DNA of 54,952 nucleotides from a virus (IMGVR_UViG_3300031269_000018:1-54952), one strand, 5' to 3'. Shown: positions 18,120-26,859, counted from the stretch's first letter. Numbers and translations: made by a program. Notes: generated by a model from the letters alone, not told the origin.

Positions 18120-20006
18120 TCATAGCTCCTTTAATTCTGACCAACGAGAACCTACTTGCACATCCCATGTTAGCGGTACAGTTGGTGTATAGCCCCACCA
18201 TTTGCCGTAATCCATTTTGTTAAGCATTTCACGGCACTCAATAAGACGTGAGTTTGGGACGTCGTTTTTTACTTCGTAGTGTAATCCGTCATGTAAATCA
18301 AACCAAAACTCAAACTCTGGAAAGTATTTTCCGATTTCTTGTATTGCTAAGTCTTTCATATCAGCGCCACTGCCTTGGATCGGAAAGTTTATAGCTGATG
18401 ATTCAGTCGACCATTTACTTTCTTTATCCCAAAAATCTAATTTATAGCGACGACCTGCCATTGATTCGGCATAGCCTGTTAGTTTGCCTTTGTTTATAGC
18501 ACTCGTCCAGTATGGCTTAATTTTCTTAAAGCCTCTGTGAAACGTATTTTGCCAGCTTGCGGCCGTCATAAAATCAACGTTCATTCCGTATTGAACCCGC
18601 GCTTGAACCCGCAACTTTTTTACGCCAATTCGATAGTTATTTGCTAGATTTGTGAATTTGCCTTGGTAGCGATAACCATGATCCCCGGTAATAGCAGTGT
18701 TTCCTTCTTTCTTTCCTTTCATGAAATCGTCGTAATGGATCCCTGATATCTCAGAGCCAGTGAACGAGTGAAAATCTTTTCCCATTACAAATATCTCAGT
18801 CATATTCTCATCGCCTGAGTAGTCTGCTATCAATCGAGACTCTTGACCCGCTGCATCGTACTCTACGTGCTTGTATCCCGGTCTGGGGCGTATCAATGCG
18901 CGAAACTCTTTTTGTCTTGGCCATTGATGTAATGCCATACCAATTGAGTATTTTTTCTTGATCTTGCTTGTGTATGTCATCCTACCGGTATAAGTGGAGA
19001 ATATTCTGGCTTGCGGGTGCAGTACTTCACTGCCAAGGTACTCTCGAGATTTTAAAGGTGATTGAATGTACTTTGTAAGTTGAGTATTTAATTGGCGCCA
19101 TCTTAGGATCTCAATAACATGGTCATCATCATCTGCAAGATAGGTCAACGCCGCTTTATCGGTGCTCGGTGCTTTGGTTTTTTCACTGAAACTTTTAGGT
19201 GTCAGCTTCCATACATCGTAGAGTAGGTTTGCCATTTGTTTCGGGCTGCGCAGTATTTTACTGGGGATCCAACCATTCACGCCAAGTCGAACTACTTTTG
19301 ACTGCTGATGATTATGCACGCCCAGTTTGTATTCGATGGTAGCCATCTCTTCTGTGATCGCAGGGGTGATATCATCAATAAGCGAGAAGTCTACCATTAC
19401 ACCGCGCTCGTATGACTCTGCAACTGGTATCAAGCTTGCCATTGAGATCATACATGATTTCTGCTGTTGAGGCGTGAGGCGTGAGTATGCAACGGTAGCG
19501 ACTCGTGCTGTCATAATGGCGTCAAGCTTTGCTCTGGTTTCCCAGTACTTGCCTTGAGCGCCTGCATGCACTTCTTGCTCTTTCATTTTTACAAACGCAA
19601 CCGCCCAAGGCTCGTCTTTGAAAAAGTACTTCACCGCATCTGCTAGTGACCAGGCAGGGCGTCGTTCTTTTCGCTGTGAGTTTGAAAGCCATTTCCAAAT
19701 AATCCCGGCGTCGACCCACTTTATTTTCTTCACTTCTTCTACATAACCAGCCGCAATTAAAAATGAAATGTCAAACGTGAGGTTATAGCCAGTGAGTGTC
19801 TGACCTTCTAAGCTTCTTAGTAACGCCCGGTACTGTGTCTTCTTTTGTACAACAAACGCTTCTCCGGATGCTTTTCCAACCGCTATATTCGTGATCATGG
19901 CAGTGCCTTCCCGTACTCTCCATGGTTGCAGTGCATATTCTTGAGGGGCATCTCCAGTAGGTGCTGTCTCAATATCCAATGCAGGGATATCTAGTTTGTT
20001 TGACAT
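18120..20006 (-). CDS. polA: Family A DNA polymerase with 3'-5' exonuclease
   Basis: LDIET, YNLTFD, TGR, DAAGQESR (A), RYQGKFTNLANNY (B), NFPIQGSGAD, LHDG (C). Confidence 0.92.
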   Translation of the reverse strand: MSNKLDIPALDIETAPTGDAPQEYALQPWRVREGTAMITNIAVGKASGEAFVVQKKTQYRALLRSLEGQTLTGYNLTFDISFLIAAGYVEEVKKIKWVDAGIIWKWLSNSQRKERRPAWSLADAVKYFFKDEPWAVAFVKMKEQEVHAGAQGKYWETRAKLDAIMTARVATVAYSRLTPQQQKSCMISMASLIPVAESYERGVMVDFSLIDDITPAITEEMATIEYKLGVHNHQQSKVVRLGVNGWIPSKILRSPKQMANLLYDVWKLTPKSFSEKTKAPSTDKAALTYLADDDDHVIEILRWRQLNTQLTKYIQSPLKSREYLGSEVLHPQARIFSTYTGRMTYTSKIKKKYSIGMALHQWPRQKEFRALIRPRPGYKHVEYDAAGQESRLIADYSGDENMTEIFVMGKDFHSFTGSEISGIHYDDFMKGKKEGNTAITGDHGYRYQGKFTNLANNYRIGVKKLRVQARVQYGMNVDFMTAASWQNTFHRGFKKIKPYWTSAINKGKLTGYAESMAGRRYKLDFWDKESKWSTESSAINFPIQGSGADMKDLAIQEIGKYFPEFEFWFDLHDGLHYEVKNDVPNSRLIECREMLNKMDYGKWWGYTPTVPLTWDVQVGSRWSELKEL

Positions 20007-20009
20007 GGT

Positions 20010-22376
20010 TTATTTGACCTCTTTAAGTTGGGGTGGTGCTACCTCTTTTTTTAATAACATGCATTCTGAGCGTGTCAGCTCATGACGTATTGCTTCTGGA
20101 TTACTTTCAATCCAAGCTTTGTGATTTCTAACGCTTCTTGGTCTGTGTCTCCACCTCACTCCTTTGCCGTCGGTTCTTAGTTGACCATCGTATGCTTTGT
20201 TTGAAAGACGTGTCATAACCTCAATCACTTCTTGCTTTATCGCGTTGTTCAATGGCGTTTCAGAATGCTCAGCAACAAAATTCGTGACCAGTACATTGCT
20301 TGTTATATCAGCGCCGAATGGACCGTCTCGAGCATCAATTGCATCAGCGATCAACCCTTCTAAGTACGAACGACTGTTCTCAATTAAGTCGGCTTTGGAC
20401 TTCGTTTGAGGAGGCGGTTTATTGTATGCAAACTGAGTTAGATCACGCTGAGCGCACCACGCTAATATATGAGATAAATTATCACCCTTGCGCTGCCACT
20501 CCCAAATTTCGTGGTAATACTTAGCGTCAAGAACACCGTCAATTCTATGCACCCAAAAACGACGATCTCCACCTCTTATTTGCGCAGCATCTTCGTTGTT
20601 CGAGAACAAGATCACATTGCAAAATATTTGCTCTGACTGCTCCTTTTTTCCTTTTGTGTTTATTTCTATGTGAGATTCAGAAATAATATGATTTAGTTTT
20701 TCAACAACACCGCCTCTGAGGTCTTTGTGCATTTCATCAATGCAAACTAATGTTTTGTTTTGCAAAAATGAGTTGAACTGATTGGTTAGACGTTCAGGCA
20801 AGATCATAATGGCATTCTGCTTTCCAACTAACTTGACCATCAATTCATAGATCCAGCCTTTTCCTGCACCTGGGTCTGATATAAGCAGAGGAACCCAAGG
20901 GATCCTTCGCTCTGGGTGTATAATTGTACAAGCAAACCAATCCATAAATAAGAACCGATCATCGTCATTCGGAAATAGGAATTCCATATGTGCTAAAAAA
21001 GGTTTTATCTTACCAACATCAATTTCGGGCGCTGGGACTATCTGGGCTGCTTTATATAAGTTCCAATAATCTGAGTCTTCGAGATTTACTATGGCTTCTT
21101 TGCCCGGATAGTAAATGGTGTCGCGAACACTTTTTCTGTTATGACATTCGAGCCACTTTTTACTGAGAAAAGCTTTTCCCCCAACTTTAATGTTTTGAGT
21201 CGCGTTTTTCCAGTCTTGGAGCGAGTACATACTGTGTTCTCCGCTGAGTTTGGTATCAATAACTCTCGATCCTTCGTCAACGTAGCGAAATCGTTCGATC
21301 CATGCATCGAGTGTATTCTCACCACCTGATATATCTTCATAGATCACCTCCTCAGCTTTAGTGCCTTTGTTGATAACAGACTCAATTGTTGTATCGGCAG
21401 TGATGGGTGGCGGTGGTGGCGGTGCATTTGCAATTTTTTCTTCTTGTGCTTCTTGTTCGCGCTGGTCGCAAAATTTATCAACGCAACCTAGTACTTCATA
21501 TTCGAGGGTGGCTTCGTCAATTGGCTCTGCATCGGATGGGCATAGATCCACATTCATACGAATTATCTCAGCTTTGATAGCCGCAGCACTGTAGCCATCT
21601 GATACCATCTTGCCTATGTGAGCCACCAGCAACGGTGTTCTGTTGCCCGGCGCTAATACAACTGGCTCTTGATAGCTGTCGGATATGTCTAACCCAAACG
21701 CATCGGCTTCCATCGCTCTGGCTGTCATTTTTCTAGGTTTTGCGGATATGGCATGATGAGTAGGTATTGCTTTTGCAGCACAATCGTATAAATGTTGTGT
21801 TGCGTAGTCACCACCAAACGCTTGCACTGTAACCATAACAGGTTCTTTTTTCTGATGTGGAAAACCTGGGACTCTCAACACTCTGTCTAAATTATTTACA
21901 TGAGGGTCCGTATTGAACTGTATAGCGAGTTGTTTTTGCATTGATTTAAACTGATCGAGCTCACAATCAACCACTCGCCAGTACACATGGAATTTGCCTT
22001 TGCTCGACGTTACGATCATTGAGGGTCTTGGCATGTAGTCAATCAATGATTTCATTGTCTCTACGGAAGTGTCAGGTTTGTCAGCGTCAACAAACAATGC
22101 ACGTATGCCAGTAATTGCATTTAATGAGCGTTTCAACCCTTCGTTTATTTGTACAAATACACCGGCGCCTCTTTCTGACAGTGATTTGAGTGTGTCTTCA
22201 TGCTCATCAAATGATCCTATTAATACTCGTGCAAGTGGATCAATAGGTTTTCCTAAGGCATTTTTTTTAAACGTTGCTTTTAATTCTTTTTTGTCAGTAA
22301 ACGTCTGGAACACATATGGTCCGTCTCCCAGCTCGCGCAAAAACGCTGTGGCTTGAGAGAGATCATACATTCCCAT
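20010..22376 (-). CDS. Primase-helicase: RepB/AEP-type primase, helical PriCT-like linker, C-terminal P-loop helicase (DUF5906/SF3-like)
   Basis: FVDAD, SSKGKFHVYW, RVLRVPGFPHQK; PGAGKG Walker A, CIDE Walker B, FSN, DRRF. Confidence 0.88.
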   Translation of the reverse strand: MGMYDLSQATAFLRELGDGPYVFQTFTDKKELKATFKKNALGKPIDPLARVLIGSFDEHEDTLKSLSERGAGVFVQINEGLKRSLNAITGIRALFVDADKPDTSVETMKSLIDYMPRPSMIVTSSKGKFHVYWRVVDCELDQFKSMQKQLAIQFNTDPHVNNLDRVLRVPGFPHQKKEPVMVTVQAFGGDYATQHLYDCAAKAIPTHHAISAKPRKMTARAMEADAFGLDISDSYQEPVVLAPGNRTPLLVAHIGKMVSDGYSAAAIKAEIIRMNVDLCPSDAEPIDEATLEYEVLGCVDKFCDQREQEAQEEKIANAPPPPPPITADTTIESVINKGTKAEEVIYEDISGGENTLDAWIERFRYVDEGSRVIDTKLSGEHSMYSLQDWKNATQNIKVGGKAFLSKKWLECHNRKSVRDTIYYPGKEAIVNLEDSDYWNLYKAAQIVPAPEIDVGKIKPFLAHMEFLFPNDDDRFLFMDWFACTIIHPERRIPWVPLLISDPGAGKGWIYELMVKLVGKQNAIMILPERLTNQFNSFLQNKTLVCIDEMHKDLRGGVVEKLNHIISESHIEINTKGKKEQSEQIFCNVILFSNNEDAAQIRGGDRRFWVHRIDGVLDAKYYHEIWEWQRKGDNLSHILAWCAQRDLTQFAYNKPPPQTKSKADLIENSRSYLEGLIADAIDARDGPFGADITSNVLVTNFVAEHSETPLNNAIKQEVIEVMTRLSNKAYDGQLRTDGKGVRWRHRPRSVRNHKAWIESNPEAIRHELTRSECMLLKKEVAPPQLKEVK

Positions 22377-22578
22377 TTTTCTCCATGTAATCGGCTAAGA
22401 TAGTGTCAACGACAGAAGAGCGATTGATTGATTTGTTTTTTGGAAATTTGAGGCGTAACGAATCAGCGTATCTTGATAGCCATTCATCTGTGCTTTCTTT
22501 AATAGTAAAGGAACACACTTTTTTGTTGTCGCGTTTAATGCCTTGGTTCAAAGCTTCGGCTGAGAGAATTCGTGCCAT
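22363..22578 (-). CDS. Ribbon-helix-helix-type transcriptional regulator
   Basis: KKVCSFTI strand, helix, NRSSVVDTIL helix; first gene of replication operon. Confidence 0.65.
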   Translation of the reverse strand: MARILSAEALNQGIKRDNKKVCSFTIKESTDEWLSRYADSLRLKFPKNKSINRSSVVDTILADYMEKNGNV

Positions 22579-22610
22579 TGGGTGTTGCCTTTGGATGTAT
22601 TAGGTTGTGT

Positions 22611-22640
22611 AATATGATACATCTTAATTGCATTGTCAAC
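22611..22640 (-). promoter_or_regulatory. sigma70-like promoter of RHH/replication operon
   Basis: TTGACA-17-CATATT on minus. Confidence 0.55.
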
Positions 22641-22748
22641 CGACTTTATAAATGTATATTTAAAAATACAGTCTTGACAATTTATTTATTTAGGCAGGTA
22701 TAAAGTTGAGGTCACCGGAAGTGCGGTAGTTTCGATAGAGTGGGGATG

Positions 22749-22790
22749 AAAAAACCCCATAAAAGGAACTAACTTGGTCTTTTATGGGGG
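22749..22790 (-). terminator. Intrinsic terminator ending putative sRNA
   Basis: CCCCATAAAAG...CTTTTATGGGG stem followed by T6 on minus. Confidence 0.8.
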
Positions 22791-22821
22791 AACCACAACA
22801 ACACTGACACTGGAGATGTCA
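22749..22821 (-). ncRNA. Putative ~70-nt small RNA carrying anti-RBS sequence UCUCCAG
   Basis: Bounded by near-consensus promoter and intrinsic terminator, no ORF; 11-nt perfect complement to leader of ORF 8558-9022. Confidence 0.6.
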
Positions 22822-22826
22822 CTGCC

Positions 22827-22855
22827 TTTATAATCATTTTTATACTTGATGTCAA
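22827..22855 (-). promoter_or_regulatory. Strong sigma70 promoter for putative sRNA
   Basis: TTGACA-17-TATAAA on minus. Confidence 0.8.
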
Positions 22856-22911
22856 TAGACAACACAGACTTGAATTCAATAGGTCTTATTGTGTCATTGG
22901 ATTGTGGATAC

Positions 22912-22934
22912 AAAAAAGCCCCGGTTAAGGGGCT
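22912..22934 (-). terminator. Intrinsic terminator ending early accessory operon
   Basis: AGCCCC-TTAACC-GGGGCT followed by T-run on minus. Confidence 0.85.
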
Positions 22935-22961
22935 GTCGTGTTGTATTTTTATGTTGTTATT

Positions 22962-23141
22962 TCATGGCAATCTCCTTTTATTTTTGGCATCCTCCCGATC
23001 AATCGAGGTCTTTATTTTATACGCTATATATCCACATGGCAGCGCAATCAGGATCGCGGTTGACACTGCTAGACTCAAAACAATACAGGCAAACATTGTG
23101 ATGGTCAATACGGCAACCAAGGCCAGTTTGTAGTACCTCAT
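22962..23141 (-). CDS. Small membrane protein, 59 aa (missing from ORF track)
   Basis: MRYYKLALVAVLTITMFACIVLSLAVSTAILIALPCGYIAYKIK...; ATGA coupling; ends just before terminator. Confidence 0.7.
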   Translation of the reverse strand: MRYYKLALVAVLTITMFACIVLSLAVSTAILIALPCGYIAYKIKTSIDREDAKNKRRLP

Positions 23142-23410
23142 GCTTGCACCGTTACGTTATAGTCGATAACTACATTTGATACTTCAATGATTAGTTCTTT
23201 GGAAGGTACATACCATACCGCGCCCGTATTAATGTTAAGTATCTCTATGAATTGTGCTGGCCTTTTTGCTATTGACACACTGACATGTACTTTCATGTGC
23301 AAACCGCCTTCACGTTCAAATACATCTCCGACTTTTATGTCTCCAACCGTTAATTTCTTTGGCGAAGGTAGTTTATTGCGCACTATTTTAAAGTTTTTAT
23401 CTTTGCTCAT
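23138..23410 (-). CDS. Hypothetical protein
   Basis: 90 aa, ATGA coupling, GAGG RBS. Confidence 0.7.
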   Translation of the reverse strand: MSKDKNFKIVRNKLPSPKKLTVGDIKVGDVFEREGGLHMKVHVSVSIAKRPAQFIEILNINTGAVWYVPSKELIIEVSNVVIDYNVTVQA

Positions 23411-23634
23411 GATTCTGTCCTCATGTGATATGTGTCTAAGTTAATTGGATGAACGGGGATCATGCCTTGGCTAAACTTTCGTGCATGATATTTCGCCGCG
23501 TCCTTGCTGTGTTGAGTTACCTCACCTTTGCGAATATCCTTTATTTCGCAACGATCTTTCACATCTTGTTTTACAATCGTGACCACTTGACCACAAATCA
23601 TTTGCTCTTGAATTGATATAAACGGCTTTTCCAT
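23407..23634 (-). CDS. Hypothetical protein
   Basis: 75 aa; preceded by hairpin-RBS element. Confidence 0.7.
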   Translation of the reverse strand: MEKPFISIQEQMICGQVVTIVKQDVKDRCEIKDIRKGEVTQHSKDAAKYHARKFSQGMIPVHPINLDTYHMRTES

Positions 23635-23705
23635 ATAATTTCCTTACTTGGTTGCTTGCGGATTATTCCGGCATTAACCACTCGTATATAATGGCTAATA
23701 ACAGA
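23635..23705 (-). repeat. Early hairpin-RBS element, copy A
   Basis: TCTG-T-TATTAGCCATT-loop-AGTGGTTAATG-C-CGGAATAATCCG...AAGTAAGGAAATTAT-ATG. Confidence 0.85.
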
Positions 23706-24209
23706 TCAGTCTTGGTTTGCCTCTACACCACTACTTGTGCCTTTTGAAGTCCATACCATTGATAGAGCATACCCTTTCTTGCATGTTGCTAACCATTGGC
23801 TATATGTTGCTGTCATACTTCCATACGCCGATGCATCGTTATCTGTAAGCCACTGAGCTAATTTCTCCACAGTGTCAAATGCCGGGCTTATTGGTGTACC
23901 TTCTGTACAGTCTTCATACATTCGCATCTGAGTTTTTTCATTTTCATCCCACTTGGGCATATAATCCGACTCGACTGGTTTACCTCCTGAGTACTTTTTG
24001 AAACTGATGTTTTCATATTCTTCAAGCTTTGGCTCCCATTCAATATTTTCTTCGTAACTTTTTGTATATCCTTCAAACCATTTTTTTCTTTCTAGTTCCC
24101 ACTGCTGCCTTTCAGCTTTAAAATCACGGTTTAAAAGTGGTATGTATTCACCTGAAGCATCCAAAGGGTGCTCCCAGTTCTCTGGTACGTTTCTTATTTC
24201 TCTACCCAT
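23706..24209 (-). CDS. Conserved phage hypothetical protein
   Basis: MGREIR.VP..WEHP...YE...EGTPISP.F pattern; flanked by repeat copies A and B. Confidence 0.8.
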   Translation of the reverse strand: MGREIRNVPENWEHPLDASGEYIPLLNRDFKAERQQWELERKKWFEGYTKSYEENIEWEPKLEEYENISFKKYSGGKPVESDYMPKWDENEKTQMRMYEDCTEGTPISPAFDTVEKLAQWLTDNDASAYGSMTATYSQWLATCKKGYALSMVWTSKGTSSGVEANQD

Positions 24210-24285
24210 TTTATAATTTCCTTACTTGGTTGTTGTTTCGGATTATTCCGGCATTAACCACTCGTTTCGAATGGCTAATAACAGA
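24210..24285 (-). repeat. Early hairpin-RBS element, copy B
   Basis: Near-identical to copy A; differences in loop and CAA-rich spacer. Confidence 0.85.
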
Positions 24286-24480
24286 CTACACCTGGATGTT
24301 AAGGGGGCATATATCAATTGCTCGCATTGTTCGAGTGTATTGACTGCCCAGGAACTTGTAGTAGCATTGTTTTGTCATCCCTGTGACTTTCTCGCCTGTG
24401 TAGAATGCGGTTCCTGCGTTTGCTGTGGTTGCAAAAACTAAGGTAATAAAAACGACTAGTGCTAGTTTTACAGATTTCAT
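24286..24480 (-). CDS. Small exported protein (signal peptide, two Cys)
   Basis: MKSVK-hydrophobic-ANA signal; mature ~42 aa with two Cys. Confidence 0.75.
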   Translation of the reverse strand: MKSVKLALVVFITLVFATTANAGTAFYTGEKVTGMTKQCYYKFLGSQYTRTMRAIDICPLNIQV

Positions 24481-24554
24481 TTTGTGTTGCCTCTTGTTGT
24501 TTCGGATGATTCCGACAGTAGCTACTTAAATCAAATAGCTACTAGCAGATCATT
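24481..24554 (-). repeat. Early hairpin-RBS element, copy C
   Basis: ATGATCTG-C-TAGTAGCTATTT/AAGTAGCTACTG-T-CGGAATCATCCGAAACAAC..GAGG. Confidence 0.85.
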
Positions 24555-24559
24555 TGTTG

Positions 24560-24796
24560 TCAGTCTTTTTTAATTGTAAATCGCGCTCTCCCTTCTTGGT
24601 TGCGACACCACACCGTAAACTCACCATGCATTTTAATGTTACGATTAATCAATTCGTGGTTTCTAGTACTAATTTCAGTGTAAATGTGGTACTTAGTAAA
24701 TCGGATCGCCTCTTCTAAACTTTTAAATTCGAAATCTTTTTTAAATGTGTTTCGAGTACTTGTTGGGTTTACCAGTGATAATTCAATGTTGTACAT
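24560..24796 (-). CDS. Hypothetical protein
   Basis: 78 aa, GAGGT RBS, coupled. Confidence 0.65.
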   Translation of the reverse strand: MYNIELSLVNPTSTRNTFKKDFEFKSLEEAIRFTKYHIYTEISTRNHELINRNIKMHGEFTVWCRNQEGRARFTIKKD

Positions 24797-24996
24797 TATG
24801 ACACCTCAAACTTATCTTTTACAGACTGGTTGTAGCACCCTGCACATAAAGTTACTACTTCGTAACCAGCAGTCATTTTACCATCAGTTTCTTCACAAAA
24901 TGAGCATACCGTTTCATGCACCACATCGGCTAATTCACCACACTTATCACACTGCGAACACCAACGCTCTCTAAGTTCTTCTCTTGTTGGTCTCAT
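24796..24996 (-). CDS. Small Cys-rich (zinc-finger-like) protein
   Basis: Multiple CxxC pairs; ATGA coupling. Confidence 0.65.
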   Translation of the reverse strand: MRPTREELRERWCSQCDKCGELADVVHETVCSFCEETDGKMTAGYEVVTLCAGCYNQSVKDKFEVS

Positions 24997-25250
24997 ATAT
25001 TTACCTCAATATTATTTTGTTTTAAAAGAGTACTTAAATAGAACCCTGTGTTTTCTGGATCTTCAGCCATCACAGCAACTGTGTTTTGTATTGACCAGCT
25101 GATGCCGCGATCATCTAGTAAGTTGGCCCAGTGACCAAAGTTTGTATGAATGCCTTTTGTGTAGTGACAGCTTAGTGCAAAAAAGAAGCTTTGCAAATGT
25201 AGGTACTGTGACCTGTTTACTACCTGGTTGTGTGATTTTTCAAGTGCCAT
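24993..25250 (-). CDS. Hypothetical protein (start revised to MALEKSHNQ)
   Basis: ATG 25250 follows TAAGTAAGGTAATTACA RBS of repeat copy D. Confidence 0.7.
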   Translation of the reverse strand: MALEKSHNQVVNRSQYLHLQSFFFALSCHYTKGIHTNFGHWANLLDDRGISWSIQNTVAVMAEDPENTGFYLSTLLKQNNIEVNI

Positions 25251-25291
25251 TGTAATTACCTTACTTAGTTGTTTCGGATGATTCCGGCATT
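25251..25291 (-). repeat. Early hairpin-RBS element, 5'-truncated copy D
   Basis: ATGCCGGAATCATCCGAAACAACTAAGTAAGGTAATTACA; upper stem absent. Confidence 0.8.
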
Positions 25292-25671
25292 TCAAAATTT
25301 TTGCTGTTAAGAAGGTGCAGCCAGCTGATCGCGTCGTCAAACGTTGATAGACTGGTTAAATGAGGGTGCATAAGCTCTAGATCCGAAAACTCACCTGATT
25401 CAATCGCAGATCCTCTTCGGTTACTGCTCTCAGCTAACCATATCGTTTCAGAGACGTACTTTGTTAAATTAGTATCGAGCTCATCAGCAAAAAACGGACA
25501 CGCCTCATGAAAAGAAAAACCCTCAGGCAGGTTAAAAACCATGTGCCAGCCAATTACGCAATGAGCTGCGCCGCAACCTTTTAATGTTATCCAATCATCC
25601 ATGATAAAAAGGTTAGTTTCAATTTGCTTCGCTTTTTCTAGTGTTTTGATTAGGTCGTCTAAGATTTTCAT
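25261..25671 (-). CDS. Hypothetical protein
   Basis: 136 aa, GCGAAHCVIGW motif; C-terminus reads into repeat copy D. Confidence 0.7.
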   Translation of the reverse strand: MKILDDLIKTLEKAKQIETNLFIMDDWITLKGCGAAHCVIGWHMVFNLPEGFSFHEACPFFADELDTNLTKYVSETIWLAESSNRRGSAIESGEFSDLELMHPHLTSLSTFDDAISWLHLLNSKNFEMPESSETTK

Positions 25672-25674
25672 ACT

Positions 25675-26040
25675 CTAGTACTCCAGTAAATTAGGTATGT
25701 CGCCTATAAGTTCAAAATAAAATGTATATGTGCATAACCACAAGCGCAAATCACCTTCTTTCCATTTATTCATTTGATGATTATTTGCTGCCTGGCCTGT
25801 TTTATCTTCATACACTACAACTTCAACCCTGTTGACCTCATCTTCAAGATAATAAGGATTAACGATAATGTCGTTTTTATCGCACCCGGTTAAATCTGCA
25901 ATTTCAATTTTTATATCTTCTAAAGTCGCGGCAATGATTTCAAATTTTATTTTGTGTTCAAACCTTCCCATTATACAACCATCTTCAAAGCGATCTTCTT
26001 CCGAAAACTTACAAACGGATTTACATATTAATTTTTTCAT
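25675..26040 (-). CDS. Hypothetical protein
   Basis: 121 aa, ATGA coupling. Confidence 0.7.
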   Translation of the reverse strand: MKKLICKSVCKFSEEDRFEDGCIMGRFEHKIKFEIIAATLEDIKIEIADLTGCDKNDIIVNPYYLEDEVNRVEVVVYEDKTGQAANNHQMNKWKEGDLRLWLCTYTFYFELIGDIPNLLEY

Positions 26041-26678
26041 TTTGTGATCCTTATGATTTTAGTATTTACCTTGGCATAACTAAACGTGTTGTTGCCGAGT
26101 TCTTTCAATATGTCATGCTCAAGCTTTTTGTATGTGATTGGGACCAGGCAAATAGCCAAGCCGCCAGGTTTAAGACATTTAAAAACCTGATCCATGTGTG
26201 CAACGATATTTTTAAATGGTGGGTTACAGATGATCCGGTCTTCGCCGCTATATATATCACCTGGTCTGTGCTTGAATTCATCGAAATCCGTTAAAAAATC
26301 GCCTTGGTTGATACTTACAAGGGTATATTCAAACCGGTTTTGCATGTGCTCAACTAACTTTTGATGTTTTTCGATAGTATTAATACATCCGCTCATAAAC
26401 CCAGCTCGCAGCATCGCCGCCACTAGCTGCCCGGTTCCGGCGTGCGGTTCTAACACACCGTGAGCCGCTTCGTTGATAGTGGCGTCTTTATAGTCTAAAT
26501 ATTCAACCATTAGATCAGCAACGTGATCCGGTGTCGTGTGGCATTCAGTGCCCCGGTCAACCGTAAGCAGCTTAGGCGCATTTATATTGACAATCGGGAT
26601 CGGGATATCAAAATCAGGACGTTTGCACGTCAACGGCTTTTTAGGGCGCGTAAAACAGGTGTTATTCATGATTATCAT
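26037..26678 (-). CDS. Class I SAM-dependent (N6-adenine-type) methyltransferase
   Basis: TP..VA..M, VLEPHAGTG, GDFL, NPPF, LKPGG. Confidence 0.85.
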   Translation of the reverse strand: MIIMNNTCFTRPKKPLTCKRPDFDIPIPIVNINAPKLLTVDRGTECHTTPDHVADLMVEYLDYKDATINEAAHGVLEPHAGTGQLVAAMLRAGFMSGCINTIEKHQKLVEHMQNRFEYTLVSINQGDFLTDFDEFKHRPGDIYSGEDRIICNPPFKNIVAHMDQVFKCLKPGGLAICLVPITYKKLEHDILKELGNNTFSYAKVNTKIIRITK

Positions 26679-26859
26679 CTCTAGTGCAAACGCTTTTCGC
26701 GCTGTGCATTACACAACTTGAAAACTCTTGCATCGCTCCGCGTAACGATAGTGAATGTATTTCTTGCAATCCGTATTTGATTGTAAAAAGGGTTTTAGTT
26801 TTTTGTATTAGTGTGACCGGGTGATCTAACCCCTTTGACGCTGTAATTAATATATTCAT
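26662..26859 (-). CDS. Hypothetical protein
   Basis: 65 aa, coupled. Confidence 0.6.
   Translation of the reverse strand: MNILITASKGLDHPVTLIQKTKTLFTIKYGLQEIHSLSLRGAMQEFSSCVMHSAKSVCTRDDNHE

Noticed and set aside
22674-22830. Plus-strand transcript from TTGACA 22674 with a GGA-loop (CsrA-like) hairpin
   Set aside because: Spacer to TATAAA is 19 nt and both nearby terminators have T-tracts only on the minus strand; not fully excluded as an antisense RNA
22846-23133. Plus-strand ORFs 22846-23133 and 22889-23101
   Set aside because: Antisense to a coupled minus-strand gene and cross its terminator; no convincing RBS
24210-24554. Repeats as hammerhead ribozymes (stem followed by GAAAC)
   Set aside because: The required CUGANGA core is absent before the stem, and copy A lacks GAAA
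24137-24974. Alternative ORFs 24137-24343, 24226-24441, 24684-24974
   Set aside because: Shadow ORFs opposite well-supported minus-strand genes and repeat elements
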